Under the pieces are notes generated by a model. The model saw only the letters and a program-made list of their open reading frames with translations, was not told the DNA's origin and ran no database searches. Shown here piece by piece: positions 12,794 through 25,459 of a DNA stretch of 64,000 nucleotides; the stretch's first letter is position 1, and each line of letters starts with the position of its first letter. A program made the position numbers and the translations under genes. Source of the stretch: Octopus sinensis. Taxonomy: Eukaryota. Where the stretch lies: NCBI RefSeq assembly GCF_006345805.1, contig NC_043011.1, positions 34,670,464-34,734,463 of the forward strand, given 5' to 3'.

Positions 12794-12800
<7 letters not shown>
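9458..12800 (+). mobile_element. Penelope-like element 3' part: GIY-YIG endonuclease, very long CA-rich spacer, terminal repeat with hammerhead remnant
   Basis: [27 protein letters not shown]...LEQRYIFTLQT..HGLN at 9458-9717. Hammerhead-like motif at 12674-12708. CCTGAGCGCC tail shared with about 19345 and 55328. Confidence 0.75.
12674..12708 (+). ncRNA. Degenerate minimal hammerhead (PLE terminal-repeat type)
   Basis: GTTT-CCGACGA-AGAGCTCCGCTA-GAAACGTC-ATAC, with a U4 to C change in the core. Confidence 0.5.
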
Positions 12801-12858
<58 letters not shown>

Positions 12859-12904
12859 CTGTATATATATATTATATATATTATCTATATATATATATAT
12901 ATAT

Positions 12905-13660
12905 AGTCAGTAAAGCATATATCTGAAAGAGGAGCATACACTCTAATATAGAGCAGTTGAGTAATTTAAGATTTTCCAGCACCTGAGAGATGAAGGGACA
13001 CCACACATAATTTCATGGAAGACCCTAGAAGAATGGGGCCACCTACATCAACTGGAGCAAGTGTTATGAGCTGGGCATAACTGAACAGGCAAGAATATAT
13101 TGAAGAACCTCTTTGACCCAAGAACATCTTAAATTCCAGGACGGAAATCTTCAGACCCTGCTTTAACCTCCTGGAGATTTCTACTGAAGTCCAGGAACTT
13201 ACAAGCTGACTACATCGACTACAGGTAGCGATCTAAGGGAGACAATTTCTTGCATTGAAAACTTCTCCTTTGTCCATGCATTCTACAAGTAGCTACAAGG
13301 TATTTTCACCTTCCACTTTGAAGAGAGGTTATAGGTCACTGGCCACTAGGGTCTGAACAAACGCCTTAAAGCTAAACACTTTAAGGACATGAAACCCAGA
13401 GTAACTCTATAGACCGGCCACATCTATCTTTATCTAATATATATTCAATAGAAATTAACTATGAACATGTATTGTGCTGATGAACCCTGTTGAGTAAGGG
13501 ACACATGTTCACAAGTGTTCTTGTATCTCCAGTCAGTAAGCCTGTTCTATTCTTTAACCCTTCCACTGTAGCAGGAATAGCTTAAATATCATCTCTGTCA
13601 AATTACCAGTCACGTAGTAATCTCTAGTCAGAACAAGAAGATAAAGTAGTCAAATCAGAC
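12905..13660 (+). mobile_element. Penelope-like element 3' end (second family)
   Basis: Degraded ...PHIISWKTLEE...SKCYELG...LNSRTEIFRPC resembles the PLE GIY-YIG C-terminus and is followed by a hammerhead at 13472. Confidence 0.6.
13472..13514 (+). ncRNA. Type I hammerhead with a core mutation
   Basis: TTGTG-CTGATGA-ACCCTGTTGAGTAAGG-GACAC-AT-GTT-CACAA. Stem I is a perfect 5 bp and stem III is the palindrome ACATGT. GAAA is mutated to GACA. Confidence 0.6.
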
Positions 13661-14648
13661 AACTGATCATGTTGCAGCCTTGTAATCAAGTGTGTTTGTG
13701 ACTCCTTGTTAATGCCATCACACACAGTTGTTGTTTACTTTTGTTTTTAATCGCAGAAAAAAAAAACAATTTTGCAATGAAACAAGTATGTGTTGAATCT
13801 AGCATTTTGTCTTGTAAATGAGCAAGGCCTAGACTCTTACAAGTCAAGGAAATTATTAATGACATTATTTGGACCCAGCATTGAGAGTTGAACTATCAAA
13901 CAAGTAAGAGTGATGAGGTAAACAAATATGGTTAATAAGAGATAGGCCTATTATTGTTATTCTCCTCAATTTTCTTGTGATTTTGTCCATTAGCATGCCT
14001 TACAAATACAGTAGTTAGAGAAAGGCCTAATTATTTTTATTCTTTTGAATTTTCTTTTTTCTTTTTTTTCTTTTTTATTCAGTCCATTAATTTGCCTGCA
14101 ATTGTAACTCTTGAACTGTATATACAACTATTTATTCTTTTGCTCAGGAAGCCAGGTGGAGGGTAAAGTTGAACAAGTCTGAGAGGGTTGATGTCATCTA
14201 AACTTTGGAGAATTCCTAAGACCATTTCTCTTTCTCATTTGAAGCTGATCTGTCATCATTTTATAATTGAGATATATTCTCAAGATGCAAAGATAGTTGT
14301 AATAAATTAACAATTTATGTTATATAGTACTTGATATACCTGTACTGTCTATACACACACACACACACGCATATGCAAATATATCTATACATGTGTCTGT
14401 ATATGTATATATATGTATGTGCGTGTATGTATATCGATCCTAGGACTTATTCTTTGTAAGCCTAGTACTTATTCTATCAGTCTCTATTGCCAAACCACTG
14501 TAACACACCAGCATCGGTTGTCAAGCGATGTGGGGGGGACAAATACAAACACACAAACGTACACACACACATACATACATACACAGCAGACCTTTGGAAA
14601 TATGCTGTGCTTGAGAAGTCCCGGCAAGCCAAGTGAGACCATATGTGT

Positions 14649-14685
<37 letters not shown>

Positions 14686-15246
14686 TGTATGTGTGTGTGT
14701 GTGTATGTATATGTATATACATTCATGTATGTAAATGCATGTATATATTTGTATACACATGTATATATATATTATATACATACACACATATATATGTGTA
14801 TACACACACACACACACACATGTATATAAAATTAATTTAGTGGATTGGCAAAAGAGAACCGATAGAATAAGTACTAGGCTTACAAAGAATAAGTCCTGGA
14901 GTTGATTTATTTGACTAAAGGTTGTACTCCAGCATGGCCGCAGTCAAATGACTGAAACAGAATAAAAGAATAAAAGAATAAAAGAATATGTATTTGCTCT
15001 GCATCCACATATATGTTTAAGTTCCACAGTTTAGTTGTTCAATAAACAGCATACAATAAAATAAACTTGAGACTAAATAACATAAGTCGCAAGCTCAGTT
15101 TGATTGATGGTATTGCCCCAGCATGGCCACCATCAGATCACTGAAACCAATAAAAGAGTGAGTATAACAGCAAAACAGAGTGACAGTGGTTAATGTACCA
15201 CATTAATTATTGTTATAGAATATCGATACATTATTGTAAATCACAG

Positions 15247-15455
15247 TGGAGGCACAAAGCCTAGTTGTTAGAGTAGTGGACTTACAGTCGAAGGATCATG
15301 GGTTCGAATCTCAGACCAGGTGATGTGTGTGTTTATGGGTGATACACCTAAGCTTCACGTGGCTCCAGCAGAAGGTAATGGTGAACTTATATGCTAATGA
15401 AATCAGGAAACTGGCCCCATCATGGGCCAGGCATGGCTTGAGAAGGAACAAGCAT
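15247..15455 (+). mobile_element. SINE family C (tRNA-like head), diverged
   Basis: GTGGAGGCACAAAGCCTAGTTGTTAGAG...GGTTCGAATCTC carries A/B boxes and is homologous to 56059-56430. Confidence 0.7.
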
Positions 15456-15822
15456 TGTAAATCATATCTCTAAAATATATATACAATTTATTGTTTATAT
15501 TTTGACTCAGTCACTCTGCGACCATACTGTGGTACCAACTAGAAGGGCATATTGAAACAATTCAACCCCAGAACCTATTCTTAAATCTGGTACTTATTAA
15601 GTCAGTTATCCTTTGCAAAGCTGCTATGTTATAAGTAGTAGTAGAGGACAAATGCAAAAACACTCTCACGCATAAAGATAAATTACTTGTTTGTAGTGTG
15701 TGTGTGTGTGTGTGTGTGTGTCTGCAAGCATGTTGAGTTATTTGTTAGTATTTTTTTTTTTCACTATTTAAATTCTTCCTCCAAGGGTAGAACTATTTTC
15801 TGACAAAAAAAAAAATTCCATA

Positions 15823-16257
15823 GGCGCAGGAGTGGCTGTGTGGTAAGTAGCTTGCTTATGAACCGCATAGTTCCAGGTTCAGTCCCACTGCATGGCACCT
15901 TGGGCAAGTGTCTTCTACTATAGCCTTGGGCCGACCAAAGCCTTGTGAGTGGATTTGGTAGAGGGAAACTGAAAGAAGCCTGTCGTATATATATGTATGT
16001 ATATGTATATATATATATGGATGTGTGTATATATGTTTGTGTGTCTGTGTTTGTCCCCCCAACATCGCTTGACAATCGATGCTGGTGTGTTTACATCCCC
16101 ATCACTTTGTGGTTCGGCAAAAGACACTGATAGAATAAGTACTAAGCTTACAAAGAATAAGTCCTGGGGTCGATTTGCTCAACTAAAGGCAGTGCTCCAG
16201 CATGGCCACTGTCAGATGACTGAAACAAGTAAAAGAGTAAATAAGTAAAAAGAGAGT
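15823..16257 (+). mobile_element. SINE family B (tRNA head, CORE-like domain), full length
   Basis: GGCGCAGGAGTGGCTGTGTGGTAAG...GGTTCAGTCCC...GGCACCTTGGGCAAGTGTCTT...internal microsatellite...GTAAAAGAG tail. Roughly 20 full or partial copies lie in the window. Confidence 0.9.
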
Positions 16258-16441
16258 AATTGGAATATGGATAAACTCACACACACACACACAAGTGTGA
16301 CTTTAGAAATGTATTTTTCGTCTTAACTGTTTTAATTACAGGGTGTATTCAGAATTTTAGTAGGTCACCATCTCTGTCTAAAAACCTACCCCAGCCTTTC
16401 AAGGATGTCACTTAAACAGTTACTAATATGATTCAGCTCAC

Positions 16442-16665
16442 CTCTAGTCGTAAAGGAAAATGTGAATTCATAATCAAAGTAAAAATACTGTTGTGTTGTC
16501 CATAAATATCTTCATTCTCACTGATTTTTGAATAAGTGTTCGTATCTGCAGTACAACTGAACTCTGTGAATGTTAATGATTTTTCTTTTATGTGCCAAAG
16601 AACTATATTAAGACTGTTATGTTTAAGTATAGCCGAGTTTTTGTAAGAAAGCTCTGTTAGTCTAC
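16442..16665 (-). CDS. Candidate internal exon of an unidentified gene
   Basis: Unique, non-repetitive open frame RLTELSYKNSAILKHNSLNIVLWHIKEKSLTFTEFSCTADTNTYSKISENEDIYGQHNSIFTLIMNSHFPLRLE ends at a good donor GAG|GTGAGC. The acceptor is weak and ambiguous. Confidence 0.25.
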
Positions 16666-16799
16666 CTTGTGTGGATATATGTAAATATGTTTGTCGGCAC
16701 AGACATGGCTGTATGGTAAGAGGCTTGCTTCCTAACCATATGGTTCTAGGTTCAGTCCCACTGTGTGACACCTTGGGCAAGTGTCTTCTACAATAGCAA

Positions 16800-17240
16800 T
16801 ATTGGGGGAAGGGATAAGTCAATTGCATTGACCCCTGTGTTCAGGTGCTACTTATTTTATTGATCCTGAAAGGATGAAAAGTAAAGACAACCTCAACAGA
16901 ATTTGAACACATAAGGCGACAAGTTGGCAGAAACGTTAGCATGCTGGGCGAAATGCTTAGTGGTATTTCGTCTGCCGCTACACTTCACTACAGTTCAAAT
17001 TCCGCCAAGGTCGACTTTGCCTTTCATCCTTTCGAGGTTGATTAAATAAGTACCAGTTACACACTGGGGTCGATATTATCGACTTAATCCATTTGTCTGT
17101 CTTTGTTTGTCCCCTCTGTGTGTAGCCCCTTGTGGGCAATAAAGAAATAAGAATTTGAACACAGAAGGTAAAAACAGAAAAAATGTTACTAAGCATTTTG
17201 TCTGGTATGCTAACAATTCTGCCAAGCTTGCTGCCTTACA
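16800..17240. mobile_element. SINE-A (+, 16914-17150) nested in an older SINE-A (-)
   Basis: TSD AGAATTTGAACACA at 16898-16911 and 17150-17163. The flanks join into a minus-strand SINE-A. Confidence 0.8.
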
Positions 17241-18210
17241 CCTTTATGTTAATATTAGCATCATCAATGTGGCAAGCCAGCAACATTGTAAGCATGCTGG
17301 GCAAAATGCTTAACAGCATTTCATTCATCTTTACATTCTGAGTTCAAAATCCAAAACTTTGCTTTTCGTCCCTTTGGGGTCCATAATATATGTACAAGTT
17401 GAGCACTGATGTAATCAACTTACCCACTGCCACCATAATTCCTGGCTTTGTGCCATAATTTGAAACCGCTTAATATCATTTGCAAGTTTGCAGGAACCAT
17501 ACACATATATAAACGTGTTGTTGTATATAGTGTTTCTTCTCCAGATATTGCATGAGGTGTGTTGGTCCAGCAAGTCTGGGGACATTCCATTGCAAAGTCC
17601 AGTCCTTATTGTGATGACCCATGAGCCTCAATGACACTGAGAGCAATGCCAGCGGATTATAAACACATGATGTGGCATCCAGTAGTGGACAGGTCAGAGG
17701 ATAGAGGCCAGAAGACTAATATGAACCACTTCTTCTGAGAGGCAAAAATAATAGGTTTGCACAGGACCAATATCCCTACCTAGAAAAAGTTAAAGATACG
17801 GAAACACCGATGACAATTCAAAATCAACAAAAAAAATCTGTAAAAACAGAAATCCAACCTGTGAGTAGCAGCCTGGAACCAGGAACAATGGAGAGAAGAA
17901 GTCAATATTCCATAGAAAGCAATGAGTTTAAGTAAGTATGTAAGGGTGTCGTTTGTAACTTGTGGAGTTTACTTTTGACCCTTTAGATGTTGTTGGTTGC
18001 TATTTTGAAAACTTGGTTAAGGAATTTGTTTTAGGAGTTGCTGTTTAGTAGATATTCTTAAAATGATAGTGTACAATACTATATAGATATGTATGTTTTT
18101 ATACATGAATGTGTGTATGCGAGTATGTATGTAAATGTTTGTCTATGCATAGATATGTGTATATGTATGTGTGTGTATGTGTGTATGTGCATGTGTGTAT
18201 ATATATATAC

Positions 18211-18242
<32 letters not shown>

Positions 18243-18330
18243 GAAGAGAGAGAGAGAGGAAGAGGGTGAGGGAGAGATAGATAGATAGATAGATAGATGC
18301 AGGTATGAATATATATACACACACATTATA

Positions 18331-18366
<36 letters not shown>

Positions 18367-18566
18367 TGTATATATGTGTGTGTGTATGTATGTATATGCA
18401 TGTATATGAATATGTGTGTGTGTGTGTAATATTAATATTTACTATAAAGTACAACAAGTACAATGATTATTATAAATGGAAACGAAAAAGAAATAAAATT
18501 ACTGTTATTAATATTCTGTTCTTCTTTTTGCTGCTGCTACTGTTGCTGCTGCTGCTGTGCTGTTGT

Positions 18567-18597
<31 letters not shown>

Positions 18598-19073
18598 AAT
18601 ATTACTTTTGTTCGTGTTGTTCTAATATGAATATTATAATCAGCCGGTACAACATATTACACGATTTCTTAAAACATTTGCGTTGTATGTTAAATCAAAA
18701 CAAAGAAAAAGAGACATGAAGAGAGAGAGAGGAGATAGAGATAAAAAGAGGGGGGAAGGCAAATAGAGAGGGAGAGACAGAGGCAAGGAGAGAGGGTTGG
18801 TTGGTTGGTTGGGTATTAAGTATCTCTTATATCCTTTTTGTCAGTCACTATAGGTTGTAGAATGCAGCAGTCACTAAACTGCGTTATATATTCATAAACG
18901 TTTACATATATGCATATACACACACACTCACTCACTAACACTCACTCATACATATGTACATAAATGCGTACTTACGTGATTATATAATTCACACATACAT
19001 ATATACATAGCTATCTGTCTAACAATCTATCTATCTGTCCGTCTATCTGTCTGTCAGCCTGCCCGTCTGTTTG

Positions 19074-19112
<39 letters not shown>

Positions 19113-19213
19113 GTTATCTATACATACACACACACATGCATACTCATGCCCATTTACGGTCTACATGGACTCAAACATATACTTAAACACACATATTTAC
19201 ACAAATATATATA

Positions 19214-19274
<61 letters not shown>

Positions 19275-19520
19275 CGGGAAGCTTTATGAAAATAGACAAA
19301 AGACGAAGGCAGGTGGAAAACAAACAAACAATTGTATTAGTATGGCGCTCAGGAAATATAAATAAAACAAGTCTTTAACGTTTCGAGCCTACGCTCTTCA
19401 ACAGAAAGATACACAGAGAGAAAAAAAAACAGAAAGAAGGAGAGAAAAAAAAAATGCGTGCAGTAACTAACGAATCAACATGGCGATCTGATTTCGGCCA
19501 GAAGTCAAAGATCAAACATG
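19275..19520 (-). mobile_element. PLE-type terminal repeat containing a hammerhead
   Basis: The tail (reverse complement TCCTGAGCGCCATACTAATAC) is homologous to 12722-12750, and the segment contains the hammerhead at 19372-19409. Confidence 0.6.
19372..19409 (-). ncRNA. Minimal hammerhead variant
   Basis: Reverse complement: TCTTT-CTGTTGA-A-GAGC-GTAG-GCTC-GAAACGTT-AAAGA. Stems I and II are perfect, stem III is a loop-less ACGT, and A6 is changed to U. Confidence 0.6.
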
Positions 19521-19825
19521 AGACGCGAGAGCGAAATATGGGGAGATAATAGGGTTGATAATAGGGTTGAATGACCCTAGGATAGGTCTGGACAGGCGTA
19601 TGTATGGGGTTGGTGTATGTATTAGTATGTATTAGTATGTATTAGTACGTATTAGTATGTATAAGTGTGTGTGTGTGTGTATGAGAGAGTATAAGTGCGT
19701 ATGAGGGGTCTGGACGTGTGTATGTATAGGGTTGGTGTATGTATTAGTATGTATTAGTACGTATTAGTATGTATTAGTATGGCACATCATATATGATGTG
19801 ATGTGTAAAGTCGTGTGGTGTAGTG

Positions 19826-20095
19826 AGGAGAAGAGGGGGAGGGAGAAGGGGGGAGAGAAGGGGGAGGAGAGGGGGAAATAGGAGAGGAGGGGACGAAGGA
19901 AGGGGAGGTAGGAGGAAGGAGGAAAGAGGGGGAGGGGAGAGAGAAGGGGAGTGAGGGAGCAGAGGGAAGAGGGAAGGAGGGAGGGAGAAAGAGGGAAGAA
20001 GGGAAGGGGAGTAGGGGTGAAAGGATGAAGGACTGAAGAAGTAGGGGTCGGGGGAGGAGGGGGGAGAGGGGGGTTAGATGAGGAGGGGGGGATAG
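19826..20095 (+). repeat. G/A polypurine tract
   Basis: About 270 bp of almost only G and A with many G3-G7 runs. Confidence 0.9.
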
Positions 20096-20111
20096 TTGAG
20101 ACCAAATGGCG

Positions 20112-21085
20112 TATTGATAGAAATGGTAAGACAACAAAAGAGTGAAAGAGACATCGATATTATGTAAATAGAGGAATTTATCTGTAAATATAATATGTGA
20201 CAATTATTCGGTAGCCATGATAAAACTCCGAGTTTCGGATGTCAGGGCGGAAATCCACGTCGACATCTCTTCAGTTATCGGGCCATCAAAAAAAATGCAA
20301 TGAAAATTACCATTAAACAAAGGGAAATTACTGTGTGATTGACCGTTATTAAGACAAAAGAGCTATTAGGATGACCACTAAGTGAGGGGAGGGAGTAAAG
20401 GTAAGAGAGTAAAAATGTTTATAGTATTCGCGTAAGCGCGCATGTCCATACATACATATGCGTGCCCGCTTACCCACGTACATGCGCCTATAAGTATATA
20501 CTCATCCACCCTCACTCGAAACACACACATGCTCACCTACACATTCGCCAAAAAATATTTACATACCTGCATACACGCTCGCGCACAAAAAGGTTCATAC
20601 ACACGTCTATATACGCACATGCACAACAGGGCTAAAGGCAAAATACAGAAAAATGTGTAAAAAAAGTTGTAAAAAATAAGTAATAAAAGTAAAACACGTC
20701 TATATACGCACATACTCATATGCACGTACACACGGCTATATACGCGAATACCGCACACGTCTATATACGCACACACCCACACGCGCACAAAAAAAGGTTC
20801 ATACACACGTCTATATTCGCACATGCACAAGAAAGAAACAAGGCTAAAAGCAAAATGTGTAAAAATATGGTGTAAAAAAATAAGCAGTAAGAGTAAAACG
20901 CGTCTACATACGCACATGCACGCACATGCACGCACATACACACGTCTATATACGCACATACCCGCACACACACATATCCACACGCGCGCACAAAAGATTC
21001 CCTATACATTCTATATACGCACAGGAAAAAATGGAGGGTGGAAGGTAGAATACAGAAAAAATGTGTAAAAAATATGAGCAATAAA
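20112..21085 (-). mobile_element. Non-coding hammerhead-bearing repeat (second copy at 59800-60180), with diverged ~200-bp internal repeats
   Basis: 20112-20470 aligns with 59800-60180. AAAAAGGTTCATACACACGTCTATAT recurs at about 20587 and 20791, with a diverged third unit near 20990. Confidence 0.7.
20219..20279 (-). ncRNA. Type I hammerhead ribozyme
   Basis: Reverse complement: GATAA-CTGAAGA-GATGTCGACGTGGATTTCCGCCCTGACATCC-GAAAC-TCGGA-GTT-TTATC. Confidence 0.75.
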
Positions 21086-21830
21086 CCTATAAAACAATAT
21101 CTCTATAAGTATGTAAATATATATATATATATATAAATATGTAAAAATATATAAAAAATATATAAGAAATATAATTAAAAAGTATAGAGAGATACCAAAA
21201 GTAGAATAGAGATTACAAGATCACCAGCTAAATCTATTGTTCTCAATGATATATCTATCCTTCTGGATAGTTATAAAAGCAAGAACACTCCAAGCAAAAA
21301 TCAGTCGTGACAACGAAGTCTGGCTGACCAACTCGAACCTTGGTCAGAGGGAGAAATGAAGTTTACTGTCAGCAACTGTGAGACAACACCCAACAACTCT
21401 CACTATCTCTAATTCTATTCTCTTATAACATTATTTTATCTCTCTCAGTAATTACTACTAAACAATAAAGAGGACACAAACACAAACTTTACTTCGCATG
21501 CTTTTGGATTTATCAAAACCTGCCCGTCGAGGAACGGTATTGTAACGTAACGGTAAATAAATATTTTCTTAAAACTTCATGCATTGTTCATCTTTCACAT
21601 CCTACAACATGCCGTTATAATAACAATTTTTTTTCGTTACAACTGCTGACTCTGACATCTCATAATATTGTAAAATTAATATCAATCTTACCCGTTACAA
21701 TTGGTAACTATACACTAATAAAAACCAAACCGCTACATATATATATATATATATATATATTAATTTAGAGATAGTATACCCCTACTTCTCACCAAATAAA
21801 AAGAATTTCTATTTTTAAATACCTACTGTT

Positions 21831-21932
21831 TTATTCCTTGGCTACACGTGTTTCATGAGGTACATCCTTGGGTTCCTAAACCGCTCCGTGTTTCCCTGGA
21901 ACCCCTCTCAAGATGCCAACCCAAGGAATGTA
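21831..21932 (-). ncRNA. 3' half of a long-stem-II hammerhead, truncated at a SINE-B junction
   Basis: Reverse complement: TACATTCCTTGGG...CCCAAGGATGTA-CCTCAT-GAAAC-ACGT-GTA-GCC. The CUGANGA half is missing because SINE-B sequence starts at about 21932. Confidence 0.45.
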
Positions 21933-22135
21933 GATAGAATAAGTACTAAGCTTACAAAGAATAAGTCCTGGGGTCGGTTTGCTCGACTAAAGGCGGTGCT
22001 CCAGCATGGCCACAGTCGCATGACTGAAGCAAGTAAAAGAGTAAAGAGTATATATATATATTGTGGTGTGTGTGTATGGATATATATGTATATATATGTA
22101 TATGTATATATATATGTGTATATATATATATTATA

Positions 22136-22169
<34 letters not shown>

Positions 22170-22198
22170 CTATATATATATAATGTATGTATGTATAT

Positions 22199-22227
<29 letters not shown>

Positions 22228-22229
<2 letters not shown>

Positions 22230-23053
22230 GCATAACTACAGATTTCTGCCCCACCCCACCCCGCCACCGATTTTGGATGATCATAGCTTTCAGAAAAATG
22301 GATATTTTGTAATTAAATTTTCTACGAATATGTGTTATATCATGTAGATTACGAATATACAAAATTTTGGTTGGGGAAGCGTTTTAGGAGAGGGTGGAGT
22401 GGGGAAATTCGGAAAATTCACCGGAGTCCACTTCAATTCGTCTTAACTTTCAAGAAAATGGATATTTTTTAATGAAATTTTCTGCAAATATATCTCGGAT
22501 TATGTAGATTCCGAAGACGTAGGAATTTTCGGGGGGGGGAACAATTGGGGGTTATTTCTGAGAATTGTTCCCCACTCGGGTGTGTTTCGCAACAAGTCCA
22601 TATTTGTTTCATTTTCTCCGTTTTGTGCGTTTGTGCATCCATAGATTTCTACTGAAGCAACAAATAGGCAATGAAGGTAAATGAAGCCCTCACCAGATAA
22701 CTCGTTATGCTAAAAATAACAGCTAAAGGTCTAGTACACAGAAATACGCTATTAAGACGCCTTATCTGTTGCGTACGATTTTTTTTTCACTTTAAGTAAA
22801 TTCCCAGGTAAACGTTTCTAATAGAAAGGCAGAAGACACCAGAAGCAAAATTAAGGAATATACACGCACACTTAAAATAAGAGTATAAATTCTGATTTGT
22901 TACATAATCTCTATAATAAACATGATATTAAATGGAATAATTCCCCGTTTGAACTTTTTTAATTGCATGTGTATGTGTGTGTGTGTGTGTGTGTGTGAAG
23001 AAATCTATGGAAGCATAATGTCGGGGGTGGGGCAGAAATCTGTAGTTATGCCT
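22228..23053. mobile_element. MITE with ~29-bp TIRs
   Basis: AGGCATAACTACAGATTTCTGCCCCACCC at 22228 and its reverse complement ending at 23053. An extra terminus starts at 23181. No clear TSD. Confidence 0.75.
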
Positions 23054-23257
23054 TTGTAAGCCTAGTACTTATTCTATCGGTCTCCTTGCCGAACCGCTAC
23101 ATTACGGAGCTGCAAACACACCAGCATCGGTTGTCAAGTGATGGAGGTGGGAGGACGAACACATACATACAAACATATATAGGCATAACTACAGATTTCT
23201 GCTCCCCGCCCCCGACTTTGTGCATCCGTATATGTCTACACACACACACACACACAC

Positions 23258-23296
<39 letters not shown>

Positions 23297-23396
23297 TGGA
23301 CACACACACACAAGCTTTTGCAAAAGTTACTTGATACAATTGCAATAATTAGAAAAAGATCTTTGTAAAAGTTAAATTCTTCTCTTTAACAGAATG

Positions 23397-23615
<219 letters not shown>

Positions 23616-23738
23616 TAGATAGATAGATAGATAGATAAACACAATATGTATGTTTATGTATAAATATATATATTTAAATATTATTTATTTGCATGTATAT
23701 ACACAAATGTATGCATATGTATGTATGTATATATTTTG

Positions 23739-23785
<47 letters not shown>

Positions 23786-23816
23786 CTATATATAACATAT
23801 ATATATATATATAACA

Positions 23817-23849
<33 letters not shown>

Positions 23850-23932
23850 CACTCATATGTATATATATGTTGTATTGTGGGTACGCACCCACACTCATGT
23901 GGGTATATGTGTAGACTGTGTTATATTACATA

Positions 23933-24059
23933 ATCTCCGAAGAGGCCTTGTGATATTTTTGTTATTTTCTCATTTATATCTATATATTGACCAACCATAA
24001 AGGGCTAATATTGGTAAAATGAGACATAATTATCGACATGGCCGAAACAGCTGTAAGAT
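23933..24059 (+). ncRNA. Type I hammerhead with extended stem II (same family as 6089-6199)
   Basis: ATCT-CCGAAGA-GGCC...TCTCATTT...AAATGAGA...GGCC-GAAAC-AGCT-GTA-AGAT. U4 is changed to C. The downstream tail 24225-24305 matches the reverse complement of 5905-5985. Confidence 0.7.
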
Positions 24060-24749
24060 CTAATGTATGCTTATATTTATATTTACTTGTATTTATATTC
24101 TTTTTATATATATTCTAATTATTATACAACATTACTCTTTTATGTACACTTTTTTATGTACATTCCTTTATGTACACTGATTTGTTCTGCTTTTTATATT
24201 TAACCCTACAGTCTCTTATGTGGTGGTTTAATAAAGTATGTGATTGAGTATTATCTGATAATTGATATTTGATTTGGATGTGTTTCTCCATTTTCTTATC
24301 TTGTATATATATATATATATACATACATATATATTTAAAATATATAAAGTAAGATTTAAATATAAATAATATATATATCTAAGTAAGTCTCTCCGCCCTT
24401 TGAAGGGTCATATTTTTCATCCCAACTACACCATTTTCACCAAGAAAGCCTGGTGAGGTTGCCAGTTTAGTCGCCGACAACCCGACCATTCGACAGGTTG
24501 TACTGGATTATATGTTACCAGTAGCGCTCCAGACATAAGTATCCTCTGAGGAGGGTATTTACATACAATAAAAGTCAAAAATTATCTGCATTTTCGCTAT
24601 AACGTATCTTTATTATTGTCCCACGACCTTCAGCTCATGCATGCAGAGAATAGCGAAGGTCACTGCGAAATTTCAAAGGAGAGGGAGGGAAAATGAAGGA
24701 GAGGAAAGAAAAAAGAAAAGATAATAATTAGTATATATAGTATATATAG

Positions 24750-24903
24750 TGAGGCGCAATGGCCTAGTGGTTAGGGCAGCGACTTGCGGTCGGAGGATCG
24801 CGGTTTCGATTCCCAGACCGGGCGTTGTGTGTTTTTATTGAGCGAAAAAAACACCTAAAAGCTCACGAGGCTCCGGCAGGAGGTGGTGATCCCTGCTGTA
24901 CTC
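24750..24903 (+). mobile_element. SINE family C, 5' part
   Basis: GAGGCGCAATGGCCTAGTGGTTAGGGCAGC...GGTTTCGATTCCC. Another copy lies at 26047-26215. Confidence 0.8.
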
Positions 24904-25459
24904 TAAAGGCGGTGCTCCAGCATGCCGCAGTCAAATGACTGAAACAAGTACAAAAAAAAAAAAAAAAAAAAAAATAGAGATAATAACCACAGTATCAGCA
25001 ATCTTACCTTATAAATACTGAAATAGAAACAGAATAGGATAAATTTTATTGAGAGAGTGGACAACACTGTTGGCGGTAAGTCGGCGTTGACATAAATAAA
25101 CAATTGAATATGAATATTAGACTAATGAAAGTAGTTTTGGCAATAATCAATGTCAACATAAAGATACAAATTTATGTTAGTTAACTAGCAAAATGTTGAG
25201 AGATCAGTTATATGTCTGTGATAATATTCTCTCTACCTCAGCTAAACTAAGTTTCTATCTGTAGTTCACCACTTTTGATGTGATTGATTGTGTTGATGTG
25301 AATCAATACATACGTAAGTACAGGTTATGCACTTCCATATTGAGACTGCTTACTTCTGTATATCTCCAGCATTACTAAATAAGGCCCTAATTTTCACAAT
25401 GAAAATTTCAGCCTTAACATGTAGGAATATTGGCATTATTCTAAATGCTTGGCGCTCAG

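Noticed and set aside
17545-17930. Plus-strand exon (TTTCTTCTCCAG acceptor, GTAAGT donor)
   Set aside because: No ORF of 60 aa or more spans it and the frames I read hit stops. It could only be non-coding, and there is no supporting evidence.
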